Shown here piece after piece: positions 43,862 to 45,945 of a DNA stretch of 45,945 bases. The notes beneath the pieces are model-generated. The model was not told the DNA's origin, did not search any database, and saw only the letters and a program-made list of their open reading frames with translations. Origin of the DNA: Thermodesulfobacteriota bacterium (GTDB lineage Bacteria > Desulfobacterota > Desulfobulbia > Desulfobulbales > SURF-16); assembly GCA_040755455.1 (NCBI GenBank), contig JBFMAY010000035.1, positions 1-45,945 on the forward strand, given 5' to 3'. Made by a program: the position numbers and the translations under genes. How positions within the stretch are numbered: position 1 is the stretch's first letter; each line of letters opens with the position of its first letter.

Positions 43862-44308
43862 TCAAGGCATGGCTGATGCGGTTAACGCTGCAATTACGGC
43901 ATAACGGGCCAGCTTGCCGGCAAAAACCAGCAGGGAAAACAGGAAAAAATTGATGCGCAATGCTCCTCCAACCAGACAGAGCGAATCGCCGATTACCGGG
44001 AGCCACGAAAAAAGCAGGGACCATGCTCCGTATCGGCGATAAAGCATCTGCGCTTTGGCAAGGCCGTCCTCGTCAATTCTCATGACTTTTTTTATCAAAA
44101 AAACAGCACCCCACAGACCGACAAAGTAGGTCGTGCATGCTCCAAGATAATTTCCCATGGTGGCCACTGCCACCACATATTCAGGGTGGAAACTCTGCAA
44201 GATAAGCGCCACAACCAGCCATTCCGAACCAAGGGGAATGACGGTGGCAGCTAAAAAGCTAAGCAAAAATAACGCCGGCAGGCCGTGCTCAACAAGATAA
44301 TTCTCCAA
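43862..44308 (-). CDS. YqaA-family (DedA/SNARE-associated) membrane protein
   Basis: LSFLAATVIPLGSE, GNYLG, LFSWLPVIGDSLC, GKLARY; TTG start. Confidence 0.88.
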   Translation of the reverse strand: MENYLVEHGLPALFLLSFLAATVIPLGSEWLVVALILQSFHPEYVVAVATMGNYLGACTTYFVGLWGAVFLIKKVMRIDEDGLAKAQMLYRRYGAWSLLFSWLPVIGDSLCLVGGALRINFFLFSLLVFAGKLARYAVIAALTASAMP

Positions 44309-44382
44309 GGTGTATCAGTAGCCTCGCGGTACTGCCTGAATATGCAAATCTGTCTGCATGCCTTGAACCTTTCAGTCAGCGA

Positions 44383-45528
44383 TCACACCGCCAGCTGCAG
44401 AATATCAGCAATAACATCCTTGCTGTATATTCCGCCAATGCCCCAGAGGGTGGCCAGTGCCGCAGCATTTTCAGCGATCATGCCTATATCGCCTGCCGGG
44501 ATATTGGCGTCCTGTAAACGAATCGGGGCGTGGATGCTGGCAAACCATTCTTCCAGGGCGCTTATACCGGCCGCCGCCCCCTCCACCCCGAAGATTTCCC
44601 GGCCAAAACGGGCAAAGCGTGCCGGTGCTTTTGCCGAGTACCACTTCATCCAGGCCGGCATGACGATGGCAAGCCCGGCCCCATGGGCGATATTGTAAAT
44701 CGCGCTGAGCGAATGCTCTATCATATGGTTAGGAAAACTATACTCCTTTAGCCCCGCCGTGGTCAAACCGTTCAGCGCCAGGGTAGCCGCCCACATGAAT
44801 TCAGCCCTGGCAGCATAATTGTCCGGCTCCTTCATTATCACATTGTTTGTCTCAATCACGGTTTTGATGATGCTTTCAACCAGCCGGTCCTGCAGCCGCG
44901 CACCTGCCTTTCTGGTAAAGTAGCCTTCTATCACATGGGCAATGGCATCCACCGCACCAAAAGCCGAATAGTTGAGGGGAACGGTGCAGGTCAACTCAGG
45001 GTTGAGAATGGACACCCTGGGATAGACATACGGAGAACCGATATTATATTTCTGCTTTGTCTCTTCGTTGGTGACAACCGCATTGCCATTCATTTCGCTG
45101 CCGGTGGCGGCCAGGGTAATTACGGTAAATACGGGCAGAGCCTTGGTGACTTGCTTGCCGGTAAAATAATTCCAAACATCATCGGCTGCCATGGCGCCCA
45201 CGGCAATGGCCTTGCCTTCATCGAGCACCGAACCGCCGCCAACGGCCAAGACTGCATCCACCTTTTCCCGTTTTGCCAGCTCAACCCCTTGTCTGGTATG
45301 CGAGATGACCGGATTTGACACAACCCCGCCGAACTCCACATAGCCAATACCGTTTCTGTTAAGACTTGCCACAATACGGCCAAACAGTCCGGAACGTTTA
45401 ATCGAGTCCCGCCCATAAACAAAGAGAACATTGCGCTTCCCAGCATTTTTCAGCTCTTCGCCAATTGATTCTTCCTGTTTGCGGCCAAAGACAATCTTGG
45501 TTGGGTTGTGAAAAACAAAATCAAACAT
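44383..45528 (-). CDS. Iron-containing alcohol dehydrogenase (BdhA/YqhD-like)
   Basis: FHNPTKIVFG, AVGGGSVLD, TLAATGSEMN, DAIAHVIEGY, HMIEHSLSA...AHGAGL; AGGAGG RBS. Confidence 0.94.
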   Translation of the reverse strand: MFDFVFHNPTKIVFGRKQEESIGEELKNAGKRNVLFVYGRDSIKRSGLFGRIVASLNRNGIGYVEFGGVVSNPVISHTRQGVELAKREKVDAVLAVGGGSVLDEGKAIAVGAMAADDVWNYFTGKQVTKALPVFTVITLAATGSEMNGNAVVTNEETKQKYNIGSPYVYPRVSILNPELTCTVPLNYSAFGAVDAIAHVIEGYFTRKAGARLQDRLVESIIKTVIETNNVIMKEPDNYAARAEFMWAATLALNGLTTAGLKEYSFPNHMIEHSLSAIYNIAHGAGLAIVMPAWMKWYSAKAPARFARFGREIFGVEGAAAGISALEEWFASIHAPIRLQDANIPAGDIGMIAENAAALATLWGIGGIYSKDVIADILQLAV

Positions 45529-45750
45529 AGCAACCTCCTTTTCCGGCAACGATTATGTAATTCATCTTTTTGTTACTCGCCTTTCGTATATAATACTGAT
45601 GAAGAAAAAAATAAATTGTTATACTATACAGGTAGAAATCTATTTTACTTTTTAGCAAGAACTTACTTGTCCAGTAAATAGGGAAGTCAGCGAGGCGGTT
45701 TATCCGGACTTACAGCCAGTAAAACGTATTCAGCCACAAATTAATATGCG

Positions 45751-45766
45751 TGGCACAAAAATTGAT
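45751..45766 (+). promoter_or_regulatory. Possible sigma54 promoter
   Basis: TGGCAC-N5-TTGAT: correct -24/-12 spacing but GA instead of GC at -12; AT-rich context about 60 bp before the ATG. Confidence 0.45.
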
Positions 45767-45824
45767 AATCAAAAAAGCATTCATTAAATTGAGTTTATTT
45801 CAATCAAAAATAGGAGGAAAAAAA

Positions 45825-45945
45825 ATGTTTCGTGTAAAAACTCTTATGCTGGCAGGAGTTGTTTTCGGGCTGAGCGCCCAAGCCGCCTGGGCGGACAGCA
45901 TCGATCAGGTCGTTTTGCAGCCGGGTGACCCCATGGCCGTCGCGG
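45825..45945 (+). CDS. 5' part of a secreted protein (runs off the window)
   Basis: AGGAGG RBS; MFRVKTLMLAGVVFGLSAQAAWA-DSIDQ... signal peptide with an AxA cleavage site. Confidence 0.75.
   Translation, partial: MFRVKTLMLAGVVFGLSAQAAWADSIDQVVLQPGDPMAVA

Overview
A mostly GC-rich bacterial window; gene content suggests an anaerobic Desulfobacterota/deltaproteobacterium-like host (inference). Bases 1-10.7 kb are a type I-C CRISPR-Cas locus on the minus strand: the leader-proximal repeat and leader, then cas2, cas1, cas4, an inserted higA / rhuM-fic / frameshifted bro block, and cas7, cas8c (with an internal cas11 start), cas5 and cas3. A broken fragment of a second, different cas3 lies just upstream, suggesting the interference module was swapped. 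Bases 10.8-17.2 kb hold a divergent vapBC-type toxin-antitoxin pair and a co-oriented minus-strand cluster: a WYL regulator, a 582-aa helical protein, a frameshifted TPR-like protein, a coiled-coil protein and a four-helix-bundle protein. Two non-coding signals stand out. (i) A 37-bp promoter-like motif resembling WYL-activator promoters occurs three times, before the TPR-like gene, the coiled-coil gene and the cas operon, suggesting a WYL-controlled regulon that includes CRISPR interference. (ii) A degenerate, near-palindromic 8-bp tandem repeat fills almost every intergenic gap of this region. The rest (17.4-45.9 kb) looks like core genome: HPP and CBS proteins, an octaheme HAO-like cytochrome with an HcpR/FNR-type box, kinases, two helicases (including hrpB), an M1 peptidase-ChaN-PDZ fusion, Fe-S proteins, GNATs, a NodIJ-like ABC transporter, LOG, YqaA and an iron-containing alcohol dehydrogenase. 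All calls are by eye; no database search was run.
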